Shown piece after piece: positions 28,050-39,893 of a stretch of DNA of 64,000 bases. Each line of letters opens with the position of its first letter. Position 1 is the first letter of the stretch. This DNA comes from Massalongia carnosa (lineage: Eukaryota), in assembly GCA_965645245.1 (NCBI GenBank), contig OZ287078.1:1612001-1676000 (forward strand), read 5' to 3'. The translations under genes and the position numbers were made by a program. The notes under the pieces were generated by a model. It did no database searches. It was given only the letters and a program-made list of their open reading frames with translations, and was not told the origin of the DNA.

Positions 28050-28522
28050 GGCGGTGCAACCGGCATGGAGTTGCTGAACAGAGTATATGCAAGAGGCGCA
28101 AGAAATGGGGCATCAGCGAAGCACGATAAGAAGTTCACAAACCGCGCATTGGGTTGGTAATTAGATTAGTATTGATTATCTCAAGGCAAAGTTAGCCGTG
28201 GGTATCACCCAAATTAATTGAATGTGTCGGTCATGCATCGCATGAATCTTGTTCTCAATCGTTTCTCTAGCATCGTGCACAGTGCAAGTCGAAAGGTGAC
28301 GTAGGGACGGTTCGAATACGTTTAAAACTAGGTCGGAGAGAAGGAACCGCCAGATATTCTTCATTCTCTATCACATCGAGACTTTGATGTATCAGTCCAT
28401 CATCCTCTCTGCTCGTTGAGCTCCATCGATCATATTAAACAACTAAGTAAGCCTTGGTCCAATCAAAAACTCAAAGACATTCCACATTCTTGACCTAACC
28501 CCTCCAAGCTTCCCTTCTCGCC

Positions 28523-30085
28523 ATGCTCGATGCAACATCTCCAAGGTGGCATCACATCCTCCAGAATTTATCGCTCGCCGTCATCTCTCTATTCTTCCTC
28601 CCTCTCTCAACTTTCATCCTCTTGTCCAATTACATCCTCCACCCCATCTCCGCGCACAATGCTCCCCGCCGGCGGATACGACGCTCCCCCATCTTTCGTC
28701 CGAAGACAATCCTCGTCACAGGAGTGGGAATGATCAAAGGGCTATCGCTAGCGAGAACATTTTACGATGCTGGTCACGACGTCATCGGCGCTGATTACGA
28801 GCGTTACGGCATCCCCAGTGTCGCCCGCTTCTCTCGCGTTCTGCGCAAGTTCTACGGTTTGCCCCCGCCCACAGCGAAAGATGGACTGGCGCGTTATATC
28901 GATGCGTTGCTAGGGATTGTGAAAAGGGAAAAGGTACAGCTGTGGGTCAGTTGCTCTGGGGTTCATTCGGCCGTGGAGGATGCGCACGTGAAGGAAGTGC
29001 TGGAGCGCCGTTCGAACTGCATTGCTGTGCAGTTTGATGTCGAAACCACGGCCATCTTACATGAAAAACACGCGTTCCTCCAGCGCGCCCAAAGCCTCGG
29101 GCTTCCGGTCCCAGAAAGCTACACCGTCACCTCACGAGCTGCGGTGCACAAAGTGCTCAACGCAAGCCCGTCCTCGGCGGCAGGCGGTGAGAAGAAGAAA
29201 AAAAAGTACATATTGAAAACAGTTGACATCGACGATGCCCGTCGAAACGACATGACTCTCCTCCCCCGCCGGACCCTGAGCGAAACCTACCAGCATCTGT
29301 CCTGCATCCCCATCTCCAACTCCAAACCATGGGTGCTGCAGCAGTACATTCAAGGGGATGAATATTGCTCACACGCCCTCGTCGTTCATGGGCGTGTGAA
29401 AGCGTTCGTCGCCTGCCGTTCGTCGGATCTCCTCATGCACTATGAAGCACTCCCCCCGGAGTCTCCGCTGAGCAAGTCGATGCTACGCTTCACGCAGGAG
29501 CTCGTCTTTCGTAGCCAAGGGACGAACATGACGGGCCACCTGAGCTTCGACTTCCTCATCAATGAAGCGGTTTCAGAAAAGGGGGTGGAAATGGTGCTGC
29601 AGCCGATCGAGTGTAACCCGCGCGCCCACACTGCCGTCGTCTTGTTCACCGGTTTCACGAAATTAGCAGCCGCCTACCTCTCCGCTCTTGACCCACCACC
29701 ATCCAACATGAACGGATCCATGCAGCGGGCCATTTCCGACTCCCGTATCCCTGCTGAGGATGACAACAACGACAATGACGAAATTCTCACACCGGTCCAT
29801 CCGGCCAGATACCACTGGCTCGGCCACGACATCGTCACCCTCCTAGTCCTACCTCTCATCGCACTCCTCCGCTGCCAGATCAGCGCGAGGACGTTCCTGC
29901 ACAGCGTGCGCGTATTCGCGAGCCGCCTGCTATTCTGCAAAGACGGCTCCCTCGTGGGTTGGGATCCGCTGCCGTGGTGGTGGCTGTATCACGGGTATTG
30001 GCCCTGTGTGTTCTTGGCGTGCGTGTTTAACGGGCAGCGATGGAGTCGGGTGAATGTTAGCACGGGGAGGATTTTTGTGTTGTGA
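28523..30085 (+). CDS. mysC: ATP-grasp ligase, MysC-like (mycosporine-amino acid ligase)
   Basis: KTILVTGVGMIKGLSLAR...GHDVIGAD...RFSR, LHEKHAF, PWVLQQYIQGDEYCSH, TGHLSFDF, IECNPRAH, DPLPWW.YH.YWP, SRVNVSTG; intronless. Confidence 0.9.
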   Translation: MLDATSPRWHHILQNLSLAVISLFFLPLSTFILLSNYILHPISAHNAPRRRIRRSPIFRPKTILVTGVGMIKGLSLARTFYDAGHDVIGADYERYGIPSVARFSRVLRKFYGLPPPTAKDGLARYIDALLGIVKREKVQLWVSCSGVHSAVEDAHVKEVLERRSNCIAVQFDVETTAILHEKHAFLQRAQSLGLPVPESYTVTSRAAVHKVLNASPSSAAGGEKKKKKYILKTVDIDDARRNDMTLLPRRTLSETYQHLSCIPISNSKPWVLQQYIQGDEYCSHALVVHGRVKAFVACRSSDLLMHYEALPPESPLSKSMLRFTQELVFRSQGTNMTGHLSFDFLINEAVSEKGVEMVLQPIECNPRAHTAVVLFTGFTKLAAAYLSALDPPPSNMNGSMQRAISDSRIPAEDDNNDNDEILTPVHPARYHWLGHDIVTLLVLPLIALLRCQISARTFLHSVRVFASRLLFCKDGSLVGWDPLPWWWLYHGYWPCVFLACVFNGQRWSRVNVSTGRIFVL

Positions 30086-30532
30086 GCTGGGGGGGAGGGG
30101 GATGTTAACTAGGGAAGGGGAAGATTGGGGGGCATAAGTTGAGACGATGGATATACCGTACCTACCCACCCAAGTGACGCAAATATGATGTATGAGGAGT
30201 GACAAAATTCTAGGTTTATATTTAGTTCTTTGGGGGGGGGGGTTATATTATACATATAGATACAAAGAACAAACAAAAGCAAATCGGCTTGTTCCCTTGA
30301 TTAAAATCTTTCGACCTTCTTTCTGTCTCACCCCATATATATGACATATATATCCTCCTGTTCTCACCTTCCCTAATTCCCTCGACGTTTTTCTTTCTTT
30401 CCTATTTTGCGACCTCAGCTATATATTTTTTTCGTTTTGATTTGCCTATATGTCTGTTTATTTGACTTGATTAGTTATCTCTCTATCCTATCCCCCATCC
30501 TTCCCATCCCCTTTCTTTCTTTCTTTTTCTTA

Positions 30533-30538
<6 letters not shown>

Positions 30539-30586
<48 letters not shown>
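30539..30586. repeat. (CT)n microsatellite
   Basis: ~23 CT units within a pyrimidine-rich intergenic block. Confidence 0.9.
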
Positions 30587-30591
<5 letters not shown>

Positions 30592-32185
30592 CCACTCCAC
30601 CCCCCCCCCTCCCTTATCCTCCTCTCTTGTCTCTTGTCTAGTGCACACCACGTAAAAATCCACAACTTCTCACTTTCTGCTTTCTGCTTTCTGTTTTTAT
30701 TTCAATTTTCCCGCTTTAAGGGTTTACTTTACTGTAGACTTGACCCATCCACTACGATCCCCTTGATTTGAATTTTTTTTTTTTCCTTTTCGTTTCGTTT
30801 CGTTTCGTCCTTTTTTCCCCTTCTCTTTTCTTCTCTTCTGCTCTTTCTGGATTCGGGCCCAGTTCGAGTTCGAGAATCCGAATATTGAATTTGCTGGTAA
30901 AAAAAACATGCTGACAAAAACAAATCGGACGAACGGACATACGCTCAGATAAAAAGATACATCGGTAGAATTTCTCGTTGAATTGAATTGAGTTGACTGA
31001 TTCTGTTTGTTGATGATAGGTAGTCTTTCCCCCCTCCCTTCCCCGCCTTTTCTCTGGACCCATCATAATATATAGGTATCCACTTTTATTTTATTTTTAT
31101 CTATCGCTCTGGAAGTCGGAAGCCAGAAGATAAAAATCGAAAAAAAACACAGGGGGGGGGGGGGAGGGGAGGGGAGATATGAACGACATAATAAATAAAA
31201 AACACATAACCAAATAACGAAAACTTAAGAAAAGAAAGGAAGGGAAGCTGAAGATCGGAGATTTCTGTTAAGAGTTTTTTTTTTCTTTGAAAAGAAATGG
31301 GAATGAAGAGGTTTTTTCCCTTTGGGGGGATGAGAGAGGTGGAAGATTGAAGGAAGGGGAAGGATAACGATAAGGAGGATAGGTAAGTAGGAGAGGAGAT
31401 GGAAGAATAGAGAATGAGAGAATGAGAGGAAAATATATGAGATGAGAGGATAGGATAGGAAGGAGGGAAGTAGGTCGCGGGGGGGGGGGGGGTTGGAAAA
31501 GGGGTTCAGAGAAGGGGAGGTATATTTCACCGTGATGAGAAGCCATATGGTGGAGGATAGTTCCTTTTCATACTATCACGAGATAGAAAGATGGAAAGAA
31601 ATGCGTTTGATCGCCCCGTTTTCGCTTGTACTGGCATATCTATTGATTTTGTTCTTGATGCTGTGTACGATTCCCGACTCTTCCCCCGTTTTTTTCCTCT
31701 GCCCCTTATAATTCTCCTCACCTTTTTCCTCCAACCCCCAAATCGCGACCTATCTTCGTTGATACTCTCTTTTCCCCCCTCCATTTCTACTTCTACTTTT
31801 ACTTCCCATTTTAACTACTATCTTCCTCTTCAAGCTGGAAGAAAGAAACGGGAAGTTAAGCGAATGAACAACCAAACAACTAAATAATGTGTAGAAAATG
31901 TGATTTTAGGTTTTTATTTTAGGTCGTGCCAGAGGAGATAGATAGGGAAGGGAGTTGTGAAAGAGGAAGGTATAAGGATTAAATGTTTGCTTAAAGTATG
32001 CTAGAGAAAGGGAGATAAGTGAGTTAGCGATGAGGTGGGGAGATAGATAGAAAGGTAGATACATGGGATGACAGTAACAATGATGAGAGTCATAAAAAGT
32101 TTTTTTAAGGTAAATGAGTATATTCTCTAAAATAGCCTATAGGAAAGTGAATTACCGATAACTGAATTTTGAGCGCGGGGGAGGG

Positions 32186-33780
32186 AATGGATTATACATA
32201 CCCTACTTATGGCAGAATTTCTTATGTCAAAAAACTGGAATGTAGACGGGATTCGGTGTCCATGTTCCGGTGACAGCGTCATAAGAGATTTCTGCCACCA
32301 TCGAAGCATTAAAAGGATATTTAACATAAATGATCGAACTTGGATATTGTGATGTAGCACTAAAATGGGTGGATGATATCCTCGTGGAGAAGCGTACATT
32401 AGGTTTTTCTTATGGTAGTTGGAAATGAATCGGTGATGATCACGGCAATCGAGTTATTGGTATGTTGATAAACAATCGCAGTGTTATATACGGTCAGCAA
32501 GATGAGCGAGACATCTGAATATGCTGAAGCTGGACCTTAGAATACTGAAAGCGCATCTTAGCATGAGATTATACGTCACCGAAACTTGCATTCTCACCAA
32601 AATATTTTATAGGCTGAATGATAGGTACTTTATCCGATAGTGAAGTGCGGTAACGGTCGTACTCCCAGCGAAGATCTCGTATAAAAGTATCCGAAAAAGT
32701 TGAGCCAGTAGAACCGGCTGTGACACAACGCGTGTATGTTCGAGAGTTGTTGGCAAGAGCGACCTAATTATAAATACAAGCGAAACCAATATCAGTCATT
32801 TCTATCTGATCTGTACCTGCGAAACGAGATAAGAGGTTTTCATTGATAAGAGGAGCTCGAGGATTGTTGAAATAAGGACTAAGGTCGAGCATGATGAGGA
32901 AGCGATTGAACTGATAAATGGCACCAGTAAGCATGGACTTGAGGTCATATGGTGCTGAGATGGAAAGCTTGCTGTTTCCTGCAGGTGAAACAGAGGCCGG
33001 ATAGACTAAGGAGTCTTTCCAAACTCCTCCTTCAAGTACGGTCTGATAAAGATTGTCTGATTCATTTAAATAATTAAGGGAGAGCTATGTCGAGATTGAA
33101 TTAGTCGATTATTTCAAATATCACGCAGCGAGGGTTAATGAATACATGATCGTAACATGAATACTCACATAGGATCCCAAGGCTGCCTGATAAAAAGATT
33201 CCTGTGTCTCTTCTGTTATATTGCGGCAGGTAGCGCTTAAAGCAGTGCCAATCCTAGCTGTTGTGAAGTTATTTTTCTTTGCAGTGATGTTCCATGCCGC
33301 ATTTGAGTTGAAATAGTGTACTTCTTGTATACCGCCGGTAAGGTCCTGCATAAAAACCCATCGATCACCATCGGCACAGCTTGCAGCCGCAATCAAGGTA
33401 TTTGGCCATAATGCAGTTGCAGGGGAGGTACTAAAGGTTTTATGATATTAGACAAAACTTCAGTTGCAATAGCTGCATAGCATGTACTTCAAGGTATGCC
33501 GCTTTGAGCCTCCAACCCCTCCACCGACAGCAGAGCCAATGACAATTACCAGGAAAAGAGTGATTGATCTCCAGTTAAACCAACGACGGACAGGGTTTGG
33601 ACAAGGGAGCCAAGCCTTTCTATTGAAGTCGGTCTCATTTTCAGAGTTTATATCCTGGCCTAGGTTTGCATTCTCAAAGGCCTTGGCTTATTCTTATCTC
33701 TGGAGGAAAGTCTCGCGGGCCGTAAACAGCCTCTGCTGCATGAGACAAAGGTACTTCGGGTGGAAAAGCCTGTAAATCAT
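32186..33780 (-). pseudogene. Degraded type II membrane protein with a probable fucose-lectin-like beta-propeller
   Basis: TM ITLFLVIVIGSAVGGGVGG, then WVFMQDLTGGIQEVHY...W...ARIGTALSA; the frame is broken by stops downstream. Confidence 0.45.
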
Positions 33781-35286
33781 GAGCAGCCTCTGGTGCATTC
33801 GCGGAATTTCTTCTCAGTGGATATGCTTGAGGCCATTGAGCACCCTTTGGTAGGCTAGAGAAATGCTCCTCTGGCGTATTCAGAGGACATTGCTAGAAGT
33901 GCTCAACATCTGTTCATTTGAGGCTCGATTGTATGGAAGTTACCGTCATCGCCTGTCTTCAAGCTTTTGGATCTTGGGATAATCTCTCTCGTCCAGACGG
34001 CAAAACATATGTTTTTCGTATTCTGCTCAAATGGAAGTATACCGAGTAACAGAAGTTGTTGGTGCCTCAAGGTTCAACTTACAAATAGCGCGAACTTAAG
34101 CGGCATAGTACTGAAGCTGTTGAAACGTATGGATAAGGGGTTGATACAACAATGCCGCAACGAAACAGCTGCCTCTAAGTGGCATGGACTTCCAGACAAA
34201 ATCTAGAACACCATGCATGTTTGCGAACTTCATCCATTGGTTTTGTGCAGCTATTCCTGATAGATGGAGATGAAACATCTCGCGTCTACGTAACAGCATC
34301 GTTGAGCAACAACATGCGCAGTGAGCAACCACACGATACCAGACTGCAGTAGAGATCTCCTGCAAAATGGGCGCAGTATCGAGACTATTGCTGGAGATAG
34401 AGCCTTGACACTAACTCATTGGGCTCTGTAGGCCCTACCAACCCTGTAAAAACTCAACTCTTATGAGTCCTCCCAACGGCAATAGCAGCAGTAGAAACAA
34501 CAGAATCAGGACTCAGTGGTCTTAGTAATGTAAGGATAATAGAAACTTAGGAACGACCTAGTCGAAGGTGTTGTAGGTGGACTCGGTTCGGTTTGTTGTA
34601 GATATTATGCTCCAGGTGGTAGGGTAAAATGTGAACGTAGCACATGCTCGGGTGGTCAGAACGCCCTGGCATTTTTCAAAAGTCCGCTCAGTGGTGGTAA
34701 AATAGTAGAGAATGTCAGTGAAACGGAGTCTAGCCTAGGTAAAAGTGATCTAGATTATGACACTGTTCTAGCAAAAGTCCTCGTTGATCCATCGCACCGG
34801 GGCGCCAAATATCAGAGGGTAATGATGGGTAGTGCATATCGTGATGAACCAATGGAGCTGTTGCTAGGAGACGTCGGACGGTGACATCAAGAGAGAAAGA
34901 AAGAAGAAGAAAAAACGAAGCAATGAGAAAGAACCTTTCTTGCCAGCGTCCTGCTATACCCCGCTCACTCGTCGGATGTCGGGCATTCCTGTGACGGCTT
35001 CACTATCCTTCAGCAAGCTGATGCGTCTTTTTCTGTTTTTCATATAAAGATAATCACTCGTTAGTCACTTCTTCAGGGACCACTCTCACAAATTCTTCGG
35101 AAAATAACATAGATAAACAAGTTTTTACAATTATTCCCAATTCGCCATGTCCTAGTTGCAACCTTTCGCCATGTCATGGTTGTAATATTGTTGCATTCGG
35201 AGAGGAGGGGGAATCTACTATAATCGAGATCGCCGGCGGGGGTGCGTTAATTATCTGCTCTTGATTTCGATTCTCTGAAACTAATT

Positions 35287-36001
35287 TTGAAAAGAAAGAG
35301 TACTATTTTTGTAGTATTCGAGGCGTATGCAACAATGTCCCTAGTTCAAAGCGGCGGTAGCTGTATTACATCTTCAGGCTCGAGAACTAATCTTAAAAGT
35401 GCATTCTCGGTTGCGAGAGTGTTTTCGTCCTCTCATAACGAGACACAGTTTATAGAATCAGCCAAGTCCGATTTTCTAGATTTTTTGGCAATTTCAGCCT
35501 GTTCGGCAGAGGTCACCTCAACAGGACTCGTCGGTGTTGTCAACACTACGGTGACGTTTCAAATATCTACATTGTCATCCTCGCCTGTTTCTTTAAAGTC
35601 GCCCACAAGCCTAACATTGACGGCGTCACTACCATCCAGTTCAATTTCCCTAGTCTCTTTCTCTTCACTGAGAACTAGGACTAAGATCATCGTTGGCACC
35701 ACGATCCTGATTAGTCTTATTGCTTTGTTGAATCTCGGAATTCTTTCTTTGCGCAAATATCGAGCCAGCCAGCGTGCCTGCCGCTCGCGAAAAAGGGTCC
35801 ATCAAGGACGATGTTCCTCCATTTCTTCAACAGAAAGCCGAATTACACGGTGATTAGTCTAGGCACGAAATGGAAGATGAGCATAGAAGGCAAGAGACGC
35901 AAGCGGAGGAAATGCGGCATGAAGTGTTGATCGATGAAACCTGACTTGAGTTAGAGGGCGACCATTGTCGAGATGAACTTGAGACGCCCACAGGTCAATG
36001 A
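35287..36001 (+). pseudogene. Degraded single-TM S/T-rich membrane protein
   Basis: S/T-rich stalk, TM KIIVGTTILISLIALLNLGIL, then a frameshifted tail with LQQKAELHG / ELRGDHCRDELETP typical of this fungal family; stops present. Confidence 0.5.
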
Positions 36002-36601
36002 GGGGCCGACTGACAGGATATTACGACCTGCCAATTAATCGTCTTTGAATAATCTTGAATCTTTAACGTCTATTTTTTTTTTTAAAAAAAACAAACGCAT
36101 CAGCTTGCTGAGGATTAATGAAGCCGTTATCGTGACAATCAACCTTCGACGTGTAAACGAAATAGAAAACAGAAAAGCGAAAACTCTTCACTTTTTTCCT
36201 CATCAGGCGCCGGCCCGCCCTATCATAATTATGCAGTCATAATCATAGTAAAAAGCAATTGCAGTAGCAGATGAAATAACAGGTGAGCAGCAATTGAGCA
36301 ACATATAAAGTGCTATATGGACAACAAATGACGTTCAAAATTCGGCCAACTATTTTGTTACGAGGTGTAAACATCGTTTTTGTTCAATAAATCATAAATA
36401 TAATTTATTAAAAACCCCCGCCGTTGCGTGGCGTAATCACAGAAGAAACCGCTTATCTATTAGTTAAATCTCCATATCGTAATGTCTTCCAAATTCTATA
36501 ACTAAGAGGATATCGATCGTAACTGCTCCGCAAATTAGCTTCTCCCCAGACTCCATCCCCAATCCCGATTAACTACGTATCGCTACAAATCCATCCATCC
36601 C

Positions 36602-38371
36602 TCACGACGTCGCAAACTTCGACCGGGCTCTCAGCTTCGCGCCGCTAAAGTACAGCACAAACATGCCGATGACGCCCAAGGTGCTCAGGCCGGCCAGCAG
36701 CGACACACCTTTGCCCACGCCCAGGTTCAAGAACAGCGGACGCGCGAACAGAATGCTCCCACAGGCCAGAGCGGAGCGGAAGAAATCGTTGCCGGCAAAC
36801 AGCGAGGCGGCGTACTGCGGGTACGAGAGCGGGACGTAGACGAAAATACACTGCATGACGATGAAGACGGTGGCGCCGTAGATGGTGATGCCGACAACGG
36901 AGGCGATCCAGTGGATGTCCGGGTTGGCCGTCCAGGCGAAGAGAAAGAGACCGATGGGGGGGCCGAAGGCGGCGATGAGGGCTGGCTGTAGGCGGGATTC
37001 CTGAACGCGGAGACCGTGCGCGAGGATGTCAGGCACCAGGTAGAAGTAGAGGTATCCGATGTAGGTGGCCATGCCGATGCCGCAGGCGATGAGGATGCAC
37101 AGGAAGGTGATGCCGATCTGGCCGAGGGAGAAGCCATACATGACCGGGTAGACGAGGGGGAAGACTTCGAAGAAGGAGTAGTAGATGCCGTAGACGAGGC
37201 TGGTGTAGAGGTTCACGAACGCGATGGCGGGGTCCTTGATGGTGATTTCGATGGGCTTGATGAGCGCGTCGATGATCACTGAGGTGGGGTTGAAGCCTCT
37301 TTGGTTGATTTCGGACTGGGAGCGAAGGCGAGAGTCGCCGGTGATTTTGCGCAGGCGCGCCGCGCGGCGGAGGAGGATGTTGGGCGTCGACGTTTCGGGC
37401 ACGCAGATAAACATGGCGACGAAGACGGGCCCCGCGATCCAGACGATTTCCCACAGGGACCAGCGCCATCCTTTGGCGGGAACGGCAAAGCCCGAAAGCA
37501 GCGGGCCAAGAGCGGGGCCGCAGTAGGCGGCTGCGACCCAGACGGTGAGGGCGTAGGGGAGCTTGAGGAGCGAGTACATGTCCTGCACGGTGGCACCGCC
37601 GTTGGCAAGGCACGGGCTACCGAAGAAGCCTTGGAGGAAGCGAAGCACGAGGAGACCGGCGAAGGTGTTGACCGCCGCCGTCGGAATCGACAGGATGACG
37701 AAGAGCAGGAAAGTGACGATGTATACAGGACTTCGGCCAACGAGGGGGATTTCGCTAAGAGGAGCGAAGATCAGAGGCCCGATGCCATACGCCAAGACGT
37801 AGAGGGACAGAGGCAACGATGCGTCGGTAGCATTGACACCGAAGTGCTCAATCACGCCGAGTTCGCTGGACGTGTAGATTGCCGAGCCGGTGTACACGGC
37901 GAAGGTGTAGAGACATATCACGAGCGTGACGAAGCCACGTTTGGTGTTGGACCAGTTTTGAGGGTTGGCGGGATCGTCGGTGGTGTACCAGTCCACCAGG
38001 ATGTTGCCGTCCGCCGTCTTTTGCGGGGCGATGGGTATGGTTTTGGTCCTTTCCAGAGCCAGTTCGGCCTCCACCTCCAGACGGTCCTCGGTGTATGGAA
38101 CGGTTGCGCCGCGACTTTTTGTGCGTGTCAGACCTACCGCCTCGAGGTCATCCGTGGACCGTCGATGAGGGTAGGGCTTCTCCTTCTCCGTTTCTAGAGG
38201 AGTAACGCTTTCCGATCCTGACCTTGACGGCGACGACTTCCCGCCCAGCGCGGTCCGGTAGACTTCGGGTAACTCAAAGTCGGGCTTTTCTTCCGGGTAT
38301 TGTAAGACCCTGTTACGTGTGAGGAATCGAATTGCTTGCCCAAGCGGGGCCTCGCGGATGAGGTCGGACAT
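36602..38371 (-). CDS. MFS multidrug transporter, DHA1 family (Flr1/Mdr1/Caf5-like)
   Basis: MSDLIREAPLGQAIR, DWYTTDDPANPQNWS, PLSEIPLVGR, RFLQGFFGSP, GPALGPLLSGF, PETS, YPQYAASLFAGND; 12 TM; intronless. Confidence 0.93.
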   Translation of the reverse strand: MSDLIREAPLGQAIRFLTRNRVLQYPEEKPDFELPEVYRTALGGKSSPSRSGSESVTPLETEKEKPYPHRRSTDDLEAVGLTRTKSRGATVPYTEDRLEVEAELALERTKTIPIAPQKTADGNILVDWYTTDDPANPQNWSNTKRGFVTLVICLYTFAVYTGSAIYTSSELGVIEHFGVNATDASLPLSLYVLAYGIGPLIFAPLSEIPLVGRSPVYIVTFLLFVILSIPTAAVNTFAGLLVLRFLQGFFGSPCLANGGATVQDMYSLLKLPYALTVWVAAAYCGPALGPLLSGFAVPAKGWRWSLWEIVWIAGPVFVAMFICVPETSTPNILLRRAARLRKITGDSRLRSQSEINQRGFNPTSVIIDALIKPIEITIKDPAIAFVNLYTSLVYGIYYSFFEVFPLVYPVMYGFSLGQIGITFLCILIACGIGMATYIGYLYFYLVPDILAHGLRVQESRLQPALIAAFGPPIGLFLFAWTANPDIHWIASVVGITIYGATVFIVMQCIFVYVPLSYPQYAASLFAGNDFFRSALACGSILFARPLFLNLGVGKGVSLLAGLSTLGVIGMFVLYFSGAKLRARSKFATS

Positions 38372-39197
38372 GCTTTGAAAGGGAAATCACGATCCAGAAA
38401 GGCAAAATGAATCAGCACTAGCCACGATGGACCAGACGAACAGGAGAAGCAATTCTGAAAGGGTAAGGAATTTGCACGTTTCTTGATCAAGTGAAATTAT
38501 ACAGCAGAGGATGGATGAGACGAAAGAACAGGGAGCATGATCACGGTTAATATACAGTTTCCATGGACAGCGTTGCTATCAATGATGGACTTTACCATTC
38601 AGCTTAAAGTCCGTCTTCCCAATAATCTGCCATCCGCAACTTGCCACGCTTATATGCTTGATAATCTCATCCACCATTTCGCCTAGAGAAGGTAAGATGA
38701 TGAGTTTGACGGAGCAACATCCTTCCTGCGGCATGATCCTTTAGAGCTTCGACAGCGACACTAGCTGTTCTGATAGGCTAGCTCAGCTTTCTTGTGTGCT
38801 TAGGCATGAAGGTTGTTTCTATTTTGATTAATCAGATATGTTAGGACGATGTATCAACAGGAGTTATGACTCTTACTGGGCTTTTGTGTATTTGTCATGA
38901 ATCGAGACGCGGGTTTGTCAAGCGCATGAGCACGTCATCTTTCAAGAGAATTGTGATTTTATTCGTTCCAAGGTCCTCATCCCAACGAACTGTCCAATCC
39001 GATGAATTCGATCAATTAGTTCCTCGAATGATACAGTTATCTCCATATTTGAATAGAGTAGACGTGCGGAGATAGTGGTAGTTTATAAGTAATCAACCCG
39101 ACCTGACGGTCTTACTCCACCAGTACCGTGGTCCCACTCCACGCCACTGTACTTCGTACATACTCGTACTCACCCCATTTGCAACACGCTAGTTAGT

Positions 39198-39368
39198 AGT
39201 ACCTCAGACGTGCGTGGCTCTATGAGCCAGCTAAGCCCCTCCTGGTTAGCCTATTTATCTAAGCCCCTTCGGGTTAGATTCGCTGCTGACTAACATCGTA
39301 GTCAGCTAAAAGGCCGCTAACCCGGAGGGGCTTAGCTGGCTCATAGAGCCACGCACGTCTGAGGTACT
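39198..39368. mobile_element. Fold-back/MITE-like element nested at the inner edge of the pogo left TIR
   Basis: ~53-bp near-perfect inverted arms (AGTACCTCAGACGTGCGTGGCTCTATGAGCCAGCTAAGCCCCTCC.GGTTAGC) enclosing two small hairpins; absent at the right TIR. Confidence 0.7.
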
Positions 39369-39893
39369 GAGGCAAAAAAACCTTTACCTTTCAGCTTTGC
39401 ATGCCACCAAAATTGCTAGTAATCGCAAGCCAACTGCTGAAGTCGGTTCGGAATAATCTGAAGATTTATTGACCTAAAATATAACCCAATGGCTGCATCA
39501 AAAGAACTGGAATTGAGCTTTGTATGTACGTTTAAACCTCATCTTTTCACTTCCCATTCTTTTCCACCCCACTTTCCAGCTGTCTGACAGCAGCAGACTG
39601 TCCTAATAACTTTCCCTTAACCAATCGATGTCCTCTAATCAACGAGGTCTTCCGGTTTGAGCTTCGAAAAAGCGATACTGTTGATCAAGAAGGCGTTGCT
39701 TGTGTTGGATCGGAGGGAGTTTTTTTAGGATGAGTCCTGGAGTCCCATCAACATCATTTGACAGATAAACTTAGGGCAAATGAACATGTGAAAGGACTGT
39801 TTATACGTACAGAGACTTTTTATTGGCTAGTAAGAGGAGGATCATGCGTACGAGGCAAGTTTCGAGTTCTTTAATCAAGCCTTTGCGACGGCT

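Noticed and set aside
30407..31887. Many short ORFs (ERERER, K/F-rich)
   Set aside because: Translations of microsatellite and low-complexity intergenic DNA.
35141..35185. ~24-bp imperfect tandem duplication as a CRISPR-like repeat
   Set aside because: Only two adjacent copies, no spacers, eukaryotic context.
36645..38197. Overlapping and antisense ORFs in the MFS gene (likewise at SEC72)
   Set aside because: Shadow ORFs caused by high GC3.
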